From the NCBI GenBank assembly GCA_964507105.1, contig CAZDOR010000001.1:4722-68721 (forward strand): 64,000 nucleotides of DNA, read 5' to 3'. Positions 50,064-59,888 of this stretch are shown piece after piece. The notes below the pieces were generated by a model. The model was not told where the DNA came from. It saw only the letters and a program-made list of their open reading frames with translations, and ran no database searches. Made by a program: the position numbers and the translations under genes. Origin of the DNA: an uncultured Candidatus Saccharibacteria bacterium. GTDB taxonomy: Bacteria; Patescibacteriota; Minisyncoccia; Minisyncoccales; PWPS01. How positions within the stretch are numbered: the first letter of the stretch is position 1; each line of letters starts with the position of its first letter.

Positions 50064-51161
50064 ATGAAAATATTAGCAATAGAAACATCTTGCGACGATA
50101 CGTGCATAGCTATACTGCAAAAAAAAGAAGGTAAATTAAAGTTTTTATCTTCAACACTTTCATCACAAATAGAAGTGCACAGAGAGTGGGGAGGGGTTTA
50201 TCCGACTTTAGCAAAAAGAGAGCACCAAAAAAATCTGGTTCCCGTTCTGAAAAAGTCTTTAAAAGAAGCAAGTTTGCTTGAAAAGGGGGGTTCCTACAAA
50301 GAAGTGTCCGAAATCCTTAAAAGAGAAGAGGTTTTGGCTGAAAATTTAACTCAATTTCTAAAAAAACACAACGCTCCTGACATAGATTATTTAGCCGTAA
50401 CAGTCGGTCCCGGTCTCGATCCGTCACTCTGGGTGGGAATAAACTTTGCGAAAACTCTCGCATTCAATTGGAATAAACCCGTAATCCCGGTAAATCATAT
50501 CAAGGCTCACTTTTTAGCTCCTTTGGTTTTGGAAGGAGGATCCTTCCCTACGGTATCTCTTTTAGCCAGCGGCGGACACACCCAGCTCATAACCTCCAAA
50601 GATTTAAAAACTCATACCGTCATAGGAAAAACCAGAGACGATGCAGCTGGAGAGTGTTTTGACAAAACTGCCAGAATAATAGGACTCGATTATCCGGGAG
50701 GTCCGGAAATTGCCAAATTAGTAAAAGAGGAAACTGACAAAAAAGTTTCTCTACCCAGACCGATGATTAAATCAAAAAATTACGACTTCAGTTTTTCCGG
50801 TCTAAAAACTGCTGTTTTATATAAATGGAAAGATGAAAAAGACAAGACAAAAGACTTCAAAGTTGCAATGGCAAAAGAAATCCAGCAGGCAATAACCGAC
50901 GTATTGGTCGAAAAAACATTTAAAGCAGTAGAAGAATATAATGCAAAAACCGTCGTAGTCGGCGGAGGTGTTTCCGCCAACCTAATGCTTAGAGAAAAGA
51001 TAAAAAAACGTGGAAAAAAAATAAAAGTAATACTCCCCGATTTGGATTTTTCTACGGATAACGCTAAAATGATTGCGGTAACTGCAGCCTGTGAAAATGA
51101 AAGCCCTCTAACCGTAGATTGGAAAGAGCTTGAATCAAAGCCAAACCTTAAAATTAACTAA
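50064..51161 (+). CDS. tsaD: tRNA t6A threonylcarbamoyltransferase TsaD/Kae1
   Basis: IETSCDDT, VNHIKAH, SGGHT, DDAAGECFDK, TDNAKMIA. Confidence 0.96.
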   Translation: MKILAIETSCDDTCIAILQKKEGKLKFLSSTLSSQIEVHREWGGVYPTLAKREHQKNLVPVLKKSLKEASLLEKGGSYKEVSEILKREEVLAENLTQFLKKHNAPDIDYLAVTVGPGLDPSLWVGINFAKTLAFNWNKPVIPVNHIKAHFLAPLVLEGGSFPTVSLLASGGHTQLITSKDLKTHTVIGKTRDDAAGECFDKTARIIGLDYPGGPEIAKLVKEETDKKVSLPRPMIKSKNYDFSFSGLKTAVLYKWKDEKDKTKDFKVAMAKEIQQAITDVLVEKTFKAVEEYNAKTVVVGGGVSANLMLREKIKKRGKKIKVILPDLDFSTDNAKMIAVTAACENESPLTVDWKELESKPNLKIN

Positions 51162-51184
51162 AATTTTTGCTATACTGAACCATT

Positions 51185-53329
51185 ATGGATATACCAAAAG
51201 CATACAAGCCAAATAAAAAAGAGAAGGGAGTTTATGATCTTTGGGAAAAAACGGGATTTTTTAATCCGGAAAATCTACCCGAGAGACACAAAAAACCCTT
51301 CTCGATTCTGATGCCACCTCCGAATGCAAATGACCCTCTTCACATGGGTCATGCCGTCTTCATAACTCTTCAAGACATCATGACGAGATACAACAGAATG
51401 AGTGGAAAAAAAGCATTGTGGCTTCCCGGCACGGATCACGCCGGTTTCGAAACGCAAGTGGTCTTTGAGAAAAAGTTGGAGAAAAAAGGAGAAACCCGAC
51501 TGGATATGGATCGAGATGAATTTTATGAAAAGGTCTGGAATTACACCCAAAAAAACAGGGACATAGTAAGAAAGCAGATCAAAAAACTGGGTGCTTCCTG
51601 TGACTGGAGTAAAGATACTTTTACTTTGGATGAAAAAATAGTGAAAACCACTTACAAGACTTTTAAAAAGCTGGTGGACGATGGATTGGTCTACAGAAAA
51701 AAAAGGCTGGTCAACTATTGCACCAATCATGAAACTGCTTTTTCCGACCTGGAAGTTGATTATGTCGAAAGAAAAACTCCTCTCTATTACATAAAATACG
51801 GTCCTTTCATCTTAGCTACCACCAGACCGGAAACTAAATTCGGAGACACGGCAATAGCTGTTCATCCCGATGACCGAAAATACAGAAAATACGTTGGTAA
51901 AAAGATAAAAATAAAGACTCTTTTCGGAGAAAAAAAGATAAAGGTAATTGCCGATAAGGCCGTGGACAGAGAGTTCGGAACGGGGGCGGTTAAGGTTACT
52001 CCCGCCCATTCGGAGAAAGACTACGAAATATGGGAAAGACACAAAGACGAAATGCCCGAACCGATCGAAGTAATAGACAAGAAGGGAAAAATGACCGAAG
52101 CAGCGGGACCTTATGAAGGAATGTCCACAAAAAAGGCAAGAAAAAAGGTAGCTGAAGACTTGAGAAAGGAAGGGATTCTCCAACGAGTCGATGAAGATTA
52201 TGAACATAATTTATCCGTATGCTACAAATGTGGGAAAGAAATCGAACCACTGTTGATGAAGCAATGGTTCATAGACATAAAACCGCTCGCCAAACCGGCA
52301 ATAAAAGCAGTTGAAGAAGGGGAGGTGGAGATAGTTCCCGACAATTATCGAAAAGTTTACCTTCATTGGATGAAAAATATAAAAGACTGGAACATATCAC
52401 GCCAAAACTGGTGGGGAATAAAGATTCCGGCCTGGAAATGTTCGGAGTGTTCTACAAGGGAAAATGAAAAATGGATCGTAACCGAAGGAGAAAAACCGGA
52501 TGAGTGCTCGAATTGTGGAAACACTAACTTGGAAAAGGATACCGATGTTTTCGACACCTGGTTTTCTTCCGGTCAGTGGCCTTTCGCAACATTGTTAAAC
52601 GAAAAAGAAAAACTTGAAGAGTACTACCCCACTTCAGTTATGGAGACCGGTTTTGATATTCTCTTTTTCTGGGTAGCCAGAATGATTATGCTCAGTCTTT
52701 ATAGGACAGAGGAGATTCCTTTCGAAACCGTCTACCTTCACGGACTAATCCGAGACAAAAACGGAGATAAAATGTCCAAATCAAAGGGAAACGTTATTAA
52801 TCCTATCGAAGTGGCGGAAAAATACGGAACCGATGCACTGAGAATGTCCTTAATTATCGGCAATATGCCCGGAAAAGATCACTCCATAGTGGAAAATGAA
52901 ATAAAAGGATACAGAAACTACGTAAATAAAATCTGGAACATGTTCCGCTTTTTGATGATGCGGTGTGAAGACTATGACCCCAAAAACAACCCCGAGCTAA
53001 GCAAGGAAGACAAAGAATTAATCAAAGAATTCAAAGAAAAAGCGAGAGAAATAACCGATCACATCGAAAACTTTGAATTTTCCCACGCCGGAGAAAAACT
53101 ATACCACTATAGCTGGCATCGCTTTGCGGACGAAATAATAGAAAACTCAAAAGAGGTTCTCAATAACGAAAAAAGAAAAGACGGTAGACAAAAAGCGTTA
53201 ATTACCATCTTTGCCGGAATCATAAAATTAGCTCATCCTTTTATTCCTTTCGTGACGGAAGAAATATATCAAAAAATGCCACTCACCGATAAAAAGGAGA
53301 CTTTGATGATCGAAGAGTGGCCAGTCTAA
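51185..53329 (+). CDS. valS: Valine--tRNA ligase (compact)
   Basis: PPPN..LHMGH, DWNISRQ, DTWFSS, KMSKSKGN. Confidence 0.97.
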   Translation: MDIPKAYKPNKKEKGVYDLWEKTGFFNPENLPERHKKPFSILMPPPNANDPLHMGHAVFITLQDIMTRYNRMSGKKALWLPGTDHAGFETQVVFEKKLEKKGETRLDMDRDEFYEKVWNYTQKNRDIVRKQIKKLGASCDWSKDTFTLDEKIVKTTYKTFKKLVDDGLVYRKKRLVNYCTNHETAFSDLEVDYVERKTPLYYIKYGPFILATTRPETKFGDTAIAVHPDDRKYRKYVGKKIKIKTLFGEKKIKVIADKAVDREFGTGAVKVTPAHSEKDYEIWERHKDEMPEPIEVIDKKGKMTEAAGPYEGMSTKKARKKVAEDLRKEGILQRVDEDYEHNLSVCYKCGKEIEPLLMKQWFIDIKPLAKPAIKAVEEGEVEIVPDNYRKVYLHWMKNIKDWNISRQNWWGIKIPAWKCSECSTRENEKWIVTEGEKPDECSNCGNTNLEKDTDVFDTWFSSGQWPFATLLNEKEKLEEYYPTSVMETGFDILFFWVARMIMLSLYRTEEIPFETVYLHGLIRDKNGDKMSKSKGNVINPIEVAEKYGTDALRMSLIIGNMPGKDHSIVENEIKGYRNYVNKIWNMFRFLMMRCEDYDPKNNPELSKEDKELIKEFKEKAREITDHIENFEFSHAGEKLYHYSWHRFADEIIENSKEVLNNEKRKDGRQKALITIFAGIIKLAHPFIPFVTEEIYQKMPLTDKKETLMIEEWPV

Positions 53330-54057
53330 TGGAGTCACTATCTCTTTTCATTTTAGGAATTCTTCCCAGTTTAATCTGGTTGATTTATTTCCTGGAAAAA
53401 GACAATGATCCCGAACCGAAGAAGATGATATTCTTAGTTTTCGTTCTCGGTGTTATCGGGGCGGCAGTAGCCGCCTCGATACAAGCCCCGGTAAGGAACT
53501 TTTTGCAAACGGATTCCGTTTTTTCGGGTGAAAATATTTCCGGTTTAATAGATTCGTTCGTAGCAATCGCTTTTTTGGAAGAGTCGGTAAAATTGTTGGC
53601 AGTACTGGGAGGAGTTTTTCTTTTTAAGGTCGGTGAGCTCGACGAGCCGGTCGATTTTATGATATACATGATAACCGCCGGTCTCGGTTTTGCAGCTCTG
53701 GAAAATCTACTTTATTTTTCAATGGCCAAAGAAATGTTCCCCGAAACTTTAACCGAATTAGCCTTTTTAAGGTTCGGTATAACTACTCTTTTTCATGCCG
53801 TTTCAGCGGGAATACTCGGTTATTTTTTAGCATTTTCGGTGAGAAAAATGAAAAAAAGAATAATTTTTCAAGGTCTCTTGGTGGTAACTTTTTTTCACGC
53901 ATTGTATAATGAGCTTGTAGAATTAATGACAAGAACCGAATCGATAATTTATCCAACATTGCTTTTGTCCTTTCTTCTCGTTCTCACCGTTGTATTAGTT
54001 AAGGCGTTTAAGCAAACTAAAAGAATGAGGGGAATTTGCAAGCCTTTTGTTAAATAA
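53329..54057 (+). CDS. PrsW-family intramembrane protease
   Basis: PEP, EESVK, GLGFAALEN, FHA motifs. Confidence 0.9.
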   Translation: MESLSLFILGILPSLIWLIYFLEKDNDPEPKKMIFLVFVLGVIGAAVAASIQAPVRNFLQTDSVFSGENISGLIDSFVAIAFLEESVKLLAVLGGVFLFKVGELDEPVDFMIYMITAGLGFAALENLLYFSMAKEMFPETLTELAFLRFGITTLFHAVSAGILGYFLAFSVRKMKKRIIFQGLLVVTFFHALYNELVELMTRTESIIYPTLLLSFLLVLTVVLVKAFKQTKRMRGICKPFVK

Positions 54058-54068
54058 AATAAACTAAT

Positions 54069-54470
54069 ATGCCAAAAAAAGAAGAGTGGGAAACAAAAAA
54101 GATTGACGAGGATAATAAAAAATCCTGGCTTTCTCGAAAAGGAGAGCTGGTCATAGACGTTTACAAAACGGCAAATAATATCGTCATCCAAGCACCGATA
54201 GCAGGAATAAAAAAAGACGAATTGGACATAGTAGCGGAAAAAGAAATGGTATCCATTCGTGGAAACCGGGGAAAACCAAAAAGAAAAGATGTAGAGGAAG
54301 TCTTCACTCGGGAGTGTTTTTGGGGGGAGTTTTCCCGAGAAATAATTCTCCCCGAAGAAACCGACACATCGAGGGTTTCGGCGGAAATTAAGGAAGGAAT
54401 CCTAACCATAAGAGTTCCCAGAATAAATATAGAAGAAAAAAAAGAAGTAGAACTCAAAGAAGATGAGTAA
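54069..54470 (+). CDS. Hsp20/alpha-crystallin small heat-shock protein
   Basis: IDVY, WGEFSREIILP, GILTIRVPR. Confidence 0.92.
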   Translation: MPKKEEWETKKIDEDNKKSWLSRKGELVIDVYKTANNIVIQAPIAGIKKDELDIVAEKEMVSIRGNRGKPKRKDVEEVFTRECFWGEFSREIILPEETDTSRVSAEIKEGILTIRVPRINIEEKKEVELKEDE

Positions 54471-55023
54471 TTTAAAAATACTTTTTCTTCTCTTTTTCAA
54501 TCTGCTTTTCATAACTTTATCCCTTTTGCTGGTTTTTTTTCTTTTTTCTCCGGCAAGCTTGAAATCTTACTTAACCGGATCACCATTGGTTCCCACTCCA
54601 AAAAAAGAGATAAGGTCATGCTTGAAGGCAGTTAACTTGAGTCCCGACGAAACGCTTCTCGACCTGGGTTCCGGAACGGGAAGGGTTTTAATAATTGCAA
54701 ACAAGGAGTTCGGAGCAAAGGTAAGAGGAATAGAGCACTCCAAAATAACTGCTCTTATTTCAAAAATAAATCTCATTTTAAGAGGTGTTTCGGGTGAAAT
54801 CGTTTCCGGAGATTTTTTAAACGAGGATTTTTCCGAGGCGGATGTTGTTTTTACTTATTTATCAACAACTCTTCTCAAAAAGATTTACCGAAAAATAAAA
54901 GAGAAGGACCGAAATATAACGATAGTCAGTTATTGCTTTCCCGTTCCCGGAGTAGAAGAAACGAAAAAAACTGAAAGCGAAAGAGGAAAATCCATATACG
55001 TTTATAAATTAAAGACAAACTAA
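54463..55023 (+). CDS. Membrane-anchored class I SAM methyltransferase
   Basis: N-terminal TM, P.VPT, DLGSGTGRV, ADVVFTYL, VSYCF. Confidence 0.82.
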   Translation: MSNLKILFLLFFNLLFITLSLLLVFFLFSPASLKSYLTGSPLVPTPKKEIRSCLKAVNLSPDETLLDLGSGTGRVLIIANKEFGAKVRGIEHSKITALISKINLILRGVSGEIVSGDFLNEDFSEADVVFTYLSTTLLKKIYRKIKEKDRNITIVSYCFPVPGVEETKKTESERGKSIYVYKLKTN

Positions 55024-55036
55024 ACACTATAATATG

Positions 55037-55120
55037 TGCCGAGGGTGGGATTCGAACCCACAAGCCCTTGCGGGCAACAGGCCCTAAACCTGTCGCGGTT
55101 GCCGATTTCGCCACCTCGGC
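55037..55120 (-). tRNA. tRNA-Leu(TAG)
   Basis: Anticodon arm ACAGG-TTTAGGG-CCTGT. Confidence 0.95.
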
Positions 55121-55154
55121 TCAAGCTAATTCTAAAAGCGTTAAAAATAAAATC

Positions 55155-55181
55155 AACCCCCTCTTGAAAAAAGAGGGGGTT
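55155..55181. terminator. Hairpin/terminator downstream of the VirB2-like pilin genes
   Basis: AACCCCCTCTT-GAAAA-AAGAGGGGGTT. Confidence 0.7.
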
Positions 55182-55201
55182 AATTTTTTTATTCCCTTTT
55201 T

Positions 55202-55633
55202 CTAAGAAACTATAAAGGAAATAAGGAAAGGCACCGTGTAAGCGAATATCGCAACGAGAATACCTATTATGGCAAAGGTTATATATTTCTTACCCTTTTC
55301 CATGTGCCCTTCTCTCGGTCCGGCAGTTAATATGAAGAAAGCACCCATTATAACCAAAGCAACGACCAAAACGATCATCAAGTAAAAGAAGAAGTTAGCG
55401 ACTCTGTTAATCATATTTATCACACAGACGACCGCTCCGGCTCCTTCGTTTTCTTCCACATCAACGCTTTGTCCCGCGCTAAGTTCCCACGTGTTTCCGT
55501 CTTCCAACTGATAGTCGAAATCCCTTACTATAGTACATCCTTCCACCGGACTGATAGCTCCCGCCGCCATCGGTGCGCCGGTACCTATAAGAGCCAAAGT
55601 CAAAACCAAAAATAGAGTTAATATCTTTTTCAT
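55202..55633 (-). CDS. TrbC/VirB2-like pilin (CPR type)
   Basis: Signal peptide, Cys pair, two TM helices joined by TAG...KGKKYITFAIIG. Confidence 0.75.
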   Translation of the reverse strand: MKKILTLFLVLTLALIGTGAPMAAGAISPVEGCTIVRDFDYQLEDGNTWELSAGQSVDVEENEGAGAVVCVINMINRVANFFFYLMIVLVVALVIMGAFFILTAGPREGHMEKGKKYITFAIIGILVAIFAYTVPFLISFIVS

Positions 55634-55683
55634 GTTTGTCTATTTTTTTATCTTTCTCGACCTTTGATTTTATTCCTTGTTTG

Positions 55684-55711
55684 ATTCTAACACTTTTTCA
55701 ATTTATCGCAA
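55684..55711 (-). promoter_or_regulatory. Promoter of the 55633 pilin
   Basis: TTGCGA-N16-TAGAAT. Confidence 0.55.
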
Positions 55712-55712
55712 A

Positions 55713-56054
55713 TTAAGAGCCGACAACAAACTCAACGGCATAAAGAATAGCTCGAGCAAAAATAATTACAAAGATACCGATGATTGAATAAGTTATCAAA
55801 TTTTTTCCTTTTTTTACATATTTCTGGTCTTGTCCACCAATCATTATAAAAAGAGCGCCGAGCATAACGAGAAAAATAACCAACCCGATACCCACTTGGA
55901 TTAATATATTCGTTACCGCCCAGAAAAAATCTCCTATTTCTTCGTACTGCAAGGGGTTGGGAATATCAAAAACATCGGCATAAGCATTTTGAGTACCGAT
56001 GAAAAGAAAAGTTGATACGGCTAAAAAGGATTTATATTTTTTTAAAAACTTCAT
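55713..56054 (-). CDS. TrbC/VirB2-like pilin (CPR type)
   Basis: Signal peptide AYA, IPNPL, GG...KKGKNLITYSIIG. Confidence 0.78.
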   Translation of the reverse strand: MKFLKKYKSFLAVSTFLFIGTQNAYADVFDIPNPLQYEEIGDFFWAVTNILIQVGIGLVIFLVMLGALFIMIGGQDQKYVKKGKNLITYSIIGIFVIIFARAILYAVEFVVGS

Positions 56055-56059
56055 AACTA

Positions 56060-56572
56060 CTATTTTTTCTTATAAATAAATCCGTAATGGTGTAATCCCG
56101 CCGAAAAGCTTTCTTTCAGATAAAAGTCGTGTTTTTCAACCAACTCACGAACTTCTTCCGGATTAATTTTAGATAATTTTAATCCTATAGGTGAATCGGG
56201 AGACCATTCGGTAATCAACAAAACCCCCTCTTTTCTCAACACTCTTTTCGCTTCAGAAATCACTTTTTCTCTGTCTTCAACTTGAAATAAAAAGTTAGTC
56301 ATCAAAACCAAGTCTACGGATCGATCCCTTATCGAAACTCCTTTTTCTATATTCTCAACAACCGTTTTTACATTGGCTAAACTTTTCTGTTCGAGCTTCC
56401 CTTTGAGAGCCGACAACGGCTCTTCAAGAAGATCAATAGCATAAACCAATCCTTCGTCCAGCTTTTCGGCCAGAGGGATGGTCCATCCGCCGGATCCACA
56501 TCCGAAATCAGCGGCTCTCATGTCGCTTTTCAGGTGAAGATCTTCAATTATTTTTTCCGGATTACCGAACAT
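56060..56572 (-). CDS. Class I SAM-dependent methyltransferase (type 11-like)
   Basis: ADFGCGSG, RVLRKEG. Confidence 0.85.
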   Translation of the reverse strand: MFGNPEKIIEDLHLKSDMRAADFGCGSGGWTIPLAEKLDEGLVYAIDLLEEPLSALKGKLEQKSLANVKTVVENIEKGVSIRDRSVDLVLMTNFLFQVEDREKVISEAKRVLRKEGVLLITEWSPDSPIGLKLSKINPEEVRELVEKHDFYLKESFSAGLHHYGFIYKKK

Positions 56573-56575
56573 AAA

Positions 56576-59023
56576 TTAAAAGCAAGTTATCGAAGCCACT
56601 TCATCGTTTTTCCCGAGTTTCATGACTCTGACACCTTGTGTCACTCTGGATAGTTCGGAAACTTTATCTATTTTGGTTCTTATCACTTTGGCTTTTTTCG
56701 AAATCGAAACCAGATCTTGTCCTTTGTTGACGACTCTGGCAGAAACTATTTCTCCTACTTTGGAAGGGTTGGAGAGAGTTTTAAGCCCCACTCCTCCTCT
56801 TTTTTGTGCCCTGTATTTTTCTGTCGGAGTTCTTTTTCCGTAACCCTTTTTTGTCATTACGAAGAGATACTGATCTTTATCACTGATAACTCCCATATCA
56901 ACCACTTCATCACCATCCTTCAAGTTTATTCCTTTCACCCCCATAGCTTGTCGTCCCATCGGTCTTACTTCATTCTCGGAAAAACGGATTGCCTTTCCTT
57001 TCTTGGTTGTAATTATTATGTCGTCATCACCGGTTGTCTTTCTAACCTTTTTCAATTGATCACCTTCTTTTAAGTTTAAAGCTATCAAACCGGATCTTCT
57101 GATGTTTTTAAATTGTTCAAGTTCAGTCTTTTTAATTTTTCCCTTTCGGGTAACCATTACCAGATTATCTATTTCTTCATCTTTTTCATCTTTATCCAAA
57201 GGAATAACCGCCAAAACACTTTCATCTGTAGAAAGCTCCAAAAAGTTCAAAATTCCTCTTCCTCTGGCCGCTCTGGATCCTTCGGGAACCTTATAAACCG
57301 GAACTCTGAAAACTTTTCCCGTGTCGGTGAAAAACAATAAATTATCGTGCGTATTGGCTTTTATAAAATGATCGACAACATCGTCCTGGCTGGTTTTCAT
57401 TCCCAATATTCCTTTTCCGCCTCTTTTTTGTTTTTTGTAAGTGGAAGGGTTTATCCTTTTTATGTAACCTCCTTTGGTTATGGTAACTATGGAACTCTCC
57501 TTCGGAATCAAGTCTTTTTCTCTAATACTACCGAGAGGTTCCGGATTGACTTCCGTTCTTCTTTCATCGTTGAATTTTTCTTTCATCTCCAAAAGTCCTT
57601 TCTTTATTTCTTCTTTTATTTTCTCGTCACTTTCCAATATGGAAGTAAGCTCTTTTATAATTTTTCTTTTTTCTTCGAGTTCTTCTTCCACTTCGACCCT
57701 TTCCAGTTTAGCCAATCTCTGCAATCTCATTCTCAAAATGGCCAAAGCCTGTAAATCACTCAGGTCGTATTCTTTCATTAAGTTCGTTTTAGCCTCTTCC
57801 TTGTTTTCCGAAGCTTTTATCGTTTCAATAATTTCATCTATGTCCACGAGAGCCTTGTATAATCCTTGCAAGATATGCTCGCGATCCTTGGCTTTTCCCA
57901 AATTATATTTTATTCTTCTGGTGACCACCTCTTTTCTGTGATCCAAATAATGAGCCAATATTTCGACCAAGCTCAAAACTCTCGGCTGAATTCCATCAAC
58001 CAAAGCAATCATGTTCAAATGAAATTTCTTTTGGAGAGAACTGTAATTATAGAGCCTGTTCAATACTTTTTGAGGGTAAGCATTTCTTTTAAGGTCAATC
58101 GCTACCCTGAGACCATCCCTGTCCGATTCGTCCCTTATATCCCTAACACCTTCCAATTTTCCATCTTTGACTAAATTTGCAAACTGTTCAACCATTTTCG
58201 ATTTTTTAACTCCATAGGGAATTTCAGTTATTATTATCTGAGAGCTTCTCGCTTTCTGTTTTATTTCCGCTTTTCCTCTTACCTTTATTCCGCCTTTTCC
58301 TTGTGAATAGGCGGTTATTATCTGTTCCTTGTTGAATATTTCTCCGCCGGTAGGGAAGTCAGGGCCCTTTATGTATTCAAAAAGATCCTCAGTATCGGCA
58401 TCCGGATTTTCCAAAAGGTGAACGGCCGCATCTATGGTTTCTCCCAAGTTGTGAGGAGGAATATTAGTAGCCATACCCACGGCGATGCCCAGTGATCCGT
58501 TCAACAAAAGTTGAGGAACGGGTGAAGGTAAAACGGTCGGCTCCTCTTTGGTTCCATCATAATTATCTACAAAATCAACCGTATCCTTGCTTATGTTTTT
58601 CAGCATCACCTTTCCTATTTCGGATAGTCTCGCTTCGGTATATCTTTGAGCTCCGGGCGGATCATTATCTATTGACCCGAAATTACCCTGTCCTTCGACC
58701 AAAGGGTATCGGAGCGAAAAATCCTGCGCCATTCTGACCATTGAATTATAAACCGCGGTGTCCCCATGAGGATGGTATCGAGCTAAAGTCATTCCCACCA
58801 CACTGGCCGATTTTTTGTACTTGGATCCGGGAGTGAGCCCGTCCTCGTTCATAGTGTAAAGTATTCTACGATGAACCGGCTTCAGTCCGTCTCTGACATC
58901 CGGAAGAGCTCTTCCCACTATCACCGACATCGCATAGTCTATATAAGACTTTTTCATTTCTTCTTCTATACTTCTCGGTTTTACGTATCCTATATCGTTT
59001 TCTTGAAAATTTTCATCTTCCAT
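56576..59023 (-). CDS. gyrA: DNA gyrase subunit A
   Basis: [23 protein letters not shown], GyrA-box QKRGGKG. Confidence 0.98.
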   Translation of the reverse strand: MEDENFQENDIGYVKPRSIEEEMKKSYIDYAMSVIVGRALPDVRDGLKPVHRRILYTMNEDGLTPGSKYKKSASVVGMTLARYHPHGDTAVYNSMVRMAQDFSLRYPLVEGQGNFGSIDNDPPGAQRYTEARLSEIGKVMLKNISKDTVDFVDNYDGTKEEPTVLPSPVPQLLLNGSLGIAVGMATNIPPHNLGETIDAAVHLLENPDADTEDLFEYIKGPDFPTGGEIFNKEQIITAYSQGKGGIKVRGKAEIKQKARSSQIIITEIPYGVKKSKMVEQFANLVKDGKLEGVRDIRDESDRDGLRVAIDLKRNAYPQKVLNRLYNYSSLQKKFHLNMIALVDGIQPRVLSLVEILAHYLDHRKEVVTRRIKYNLGKAKDREHILQGLYKALVDIDEIIETIKASENKEEAKTNLMKEYDLSDLQALAILRMRLQRLAKLERVEVEEELEEKRKIIKELTSILESDEKIKEEIKKGLLEMKEKFNDERRTEVNPEPLGSIREKDLIPKESSIVTITKGGYIKRINPSTYKKQKRGGKGILGMKTSQDDVVDHFIKANTHDNLLFFTDTGKVFRVPVYKVPEGSRAARGRGILNFLELSTDESVLAVIPLDKDEKDEEIDNLVMVTRKGKIKKTELEQFKNIRRSGLIALNLKEGDQLKKVRKTTGDDDIIITTKKGKAIRFSENEVRPMGRQAMGVKGINLKDGDEVVDMGVISDKDQYLFVMTKKGYGKRTPTEKYRAQKRGGVGLKTLSNPSKVGEIVSARVVNKGQDLVSISKKAKVIRTKIDKVSELSRVTQGVRVMKLGKNDEVASITCF

Positions 59024-59035
59024 TGTTTTTTTGAA

Positions 59036-59713
59036 TTATGCTTTTTTGCTTTGTGGTTTAAGTTTATAAACTTGCATCTCTCCTTCGGAAAGACCCGTTC
59101 TGGAAATCTTTGCCTTATCCTCGGCTTTCTTGTCTTTTTCACCCATCGCTTTAAAGAATTTTTCCGGTCCCTCCAAATCCAATTTTAAGCCGGGAATCTT
59201 GTAATGCATCGGAATCACCGCTTTAGGTTCCAGTTGAGAAACGACTTTACCAGCCTGTTTCGCATCGATCGTATATTTTCCTCCGATGGGAACAAGTAAA
59301 ATGTCAACTTCTCCTATTTCTTTTAATTGAGAGTCGGTAAGCTCTTTTTGTCCGAAATCTCCCAAGTGACAAACTTTCATCCTTTCCGACTCTATAACAT
59401 AGATTGTGTTTTCTCCTCGATCGGCGCCCTTATTTTCATCATGAAAAGAAAAAATTCCCCTTATCAGGGTGTTCTCAACTTCGTATTCTCCCGGACCGTC
59501 GACAATAAACGCTTCTTCATTTACCGAATCCAAATTGGAATGATCGTCATGATTATGAGATATCAGAACCATATCAACATTCTTTTTATACAACTTCAAC
59601 CCCGTTGACTCTTCATCAAAGGGATCGGTAAGAATGGAAACTTTTTTTCTCGACTTTCTTTTTCTTTTCCCGGAAATATAAAAACAAGACTGTCCGTACC
59701 ATTTAAAATCCAT
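59036..59713 (-). CDS. MBL-fold metallo-hydrolase
   Basis: SHNHDDH, HLGD, IPMHY. Confidence 0.9.
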   Translation of the reverse strand: MDFKWYGQSCFYISGKRKRKSRKKVSILTDPFDEESTGLKLYKKNVDMVLISHNHDDHSNLDSVNEEAFIVDGPGEYEVENTLIRGIFSFHDENKGADRGENTIYVIESERMKVCHLGDFGQKELTDSQLKEIGEVDILLVPIGGKYTIDAKQAGKVVSQLEPKAVIPMHYKIPGLKLDLEGPEKFFKAMGEKDKKAEDKAKISRTGLSEGEMQVYKLKPQSKKA

Positions 59714-59759
59714 AAGGTTTACAAATTGATTTTTATCTTTATCATTCTATCAATCAAAC

Positions 59760-59787
59760 TTGAAAAAATCAAGATATTATGTAAAAT
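59760..59787 (+). promoter_or_regulatory. rpsA promoter
   Basis: TTGAAA-N16-TAAAAT. Confidence 0.6.
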
Positions 59788-59796
59788 ACATAATCA

Positions 59797-59875
59797 GCCG
59801 ATCAAGCTCGCTGAGGTTTCGCGCTCGAGAACTAAAGTTTGTTCGGCCATTACTAATCAATAAAATAATTCGAGC
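59797..59875 (+). promoter_or_regulatory. Candidate pseudoknotted rpsA leader RNA
   Basis: Stem GCCGA-T-CAAGCT/AGTTTG-T-TCGGC; loop GCTCGA complementary to downstream TCGAGC. Confidence 0.5.
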
Positions 59876-59888
59876 CACTTCAAAAAAC

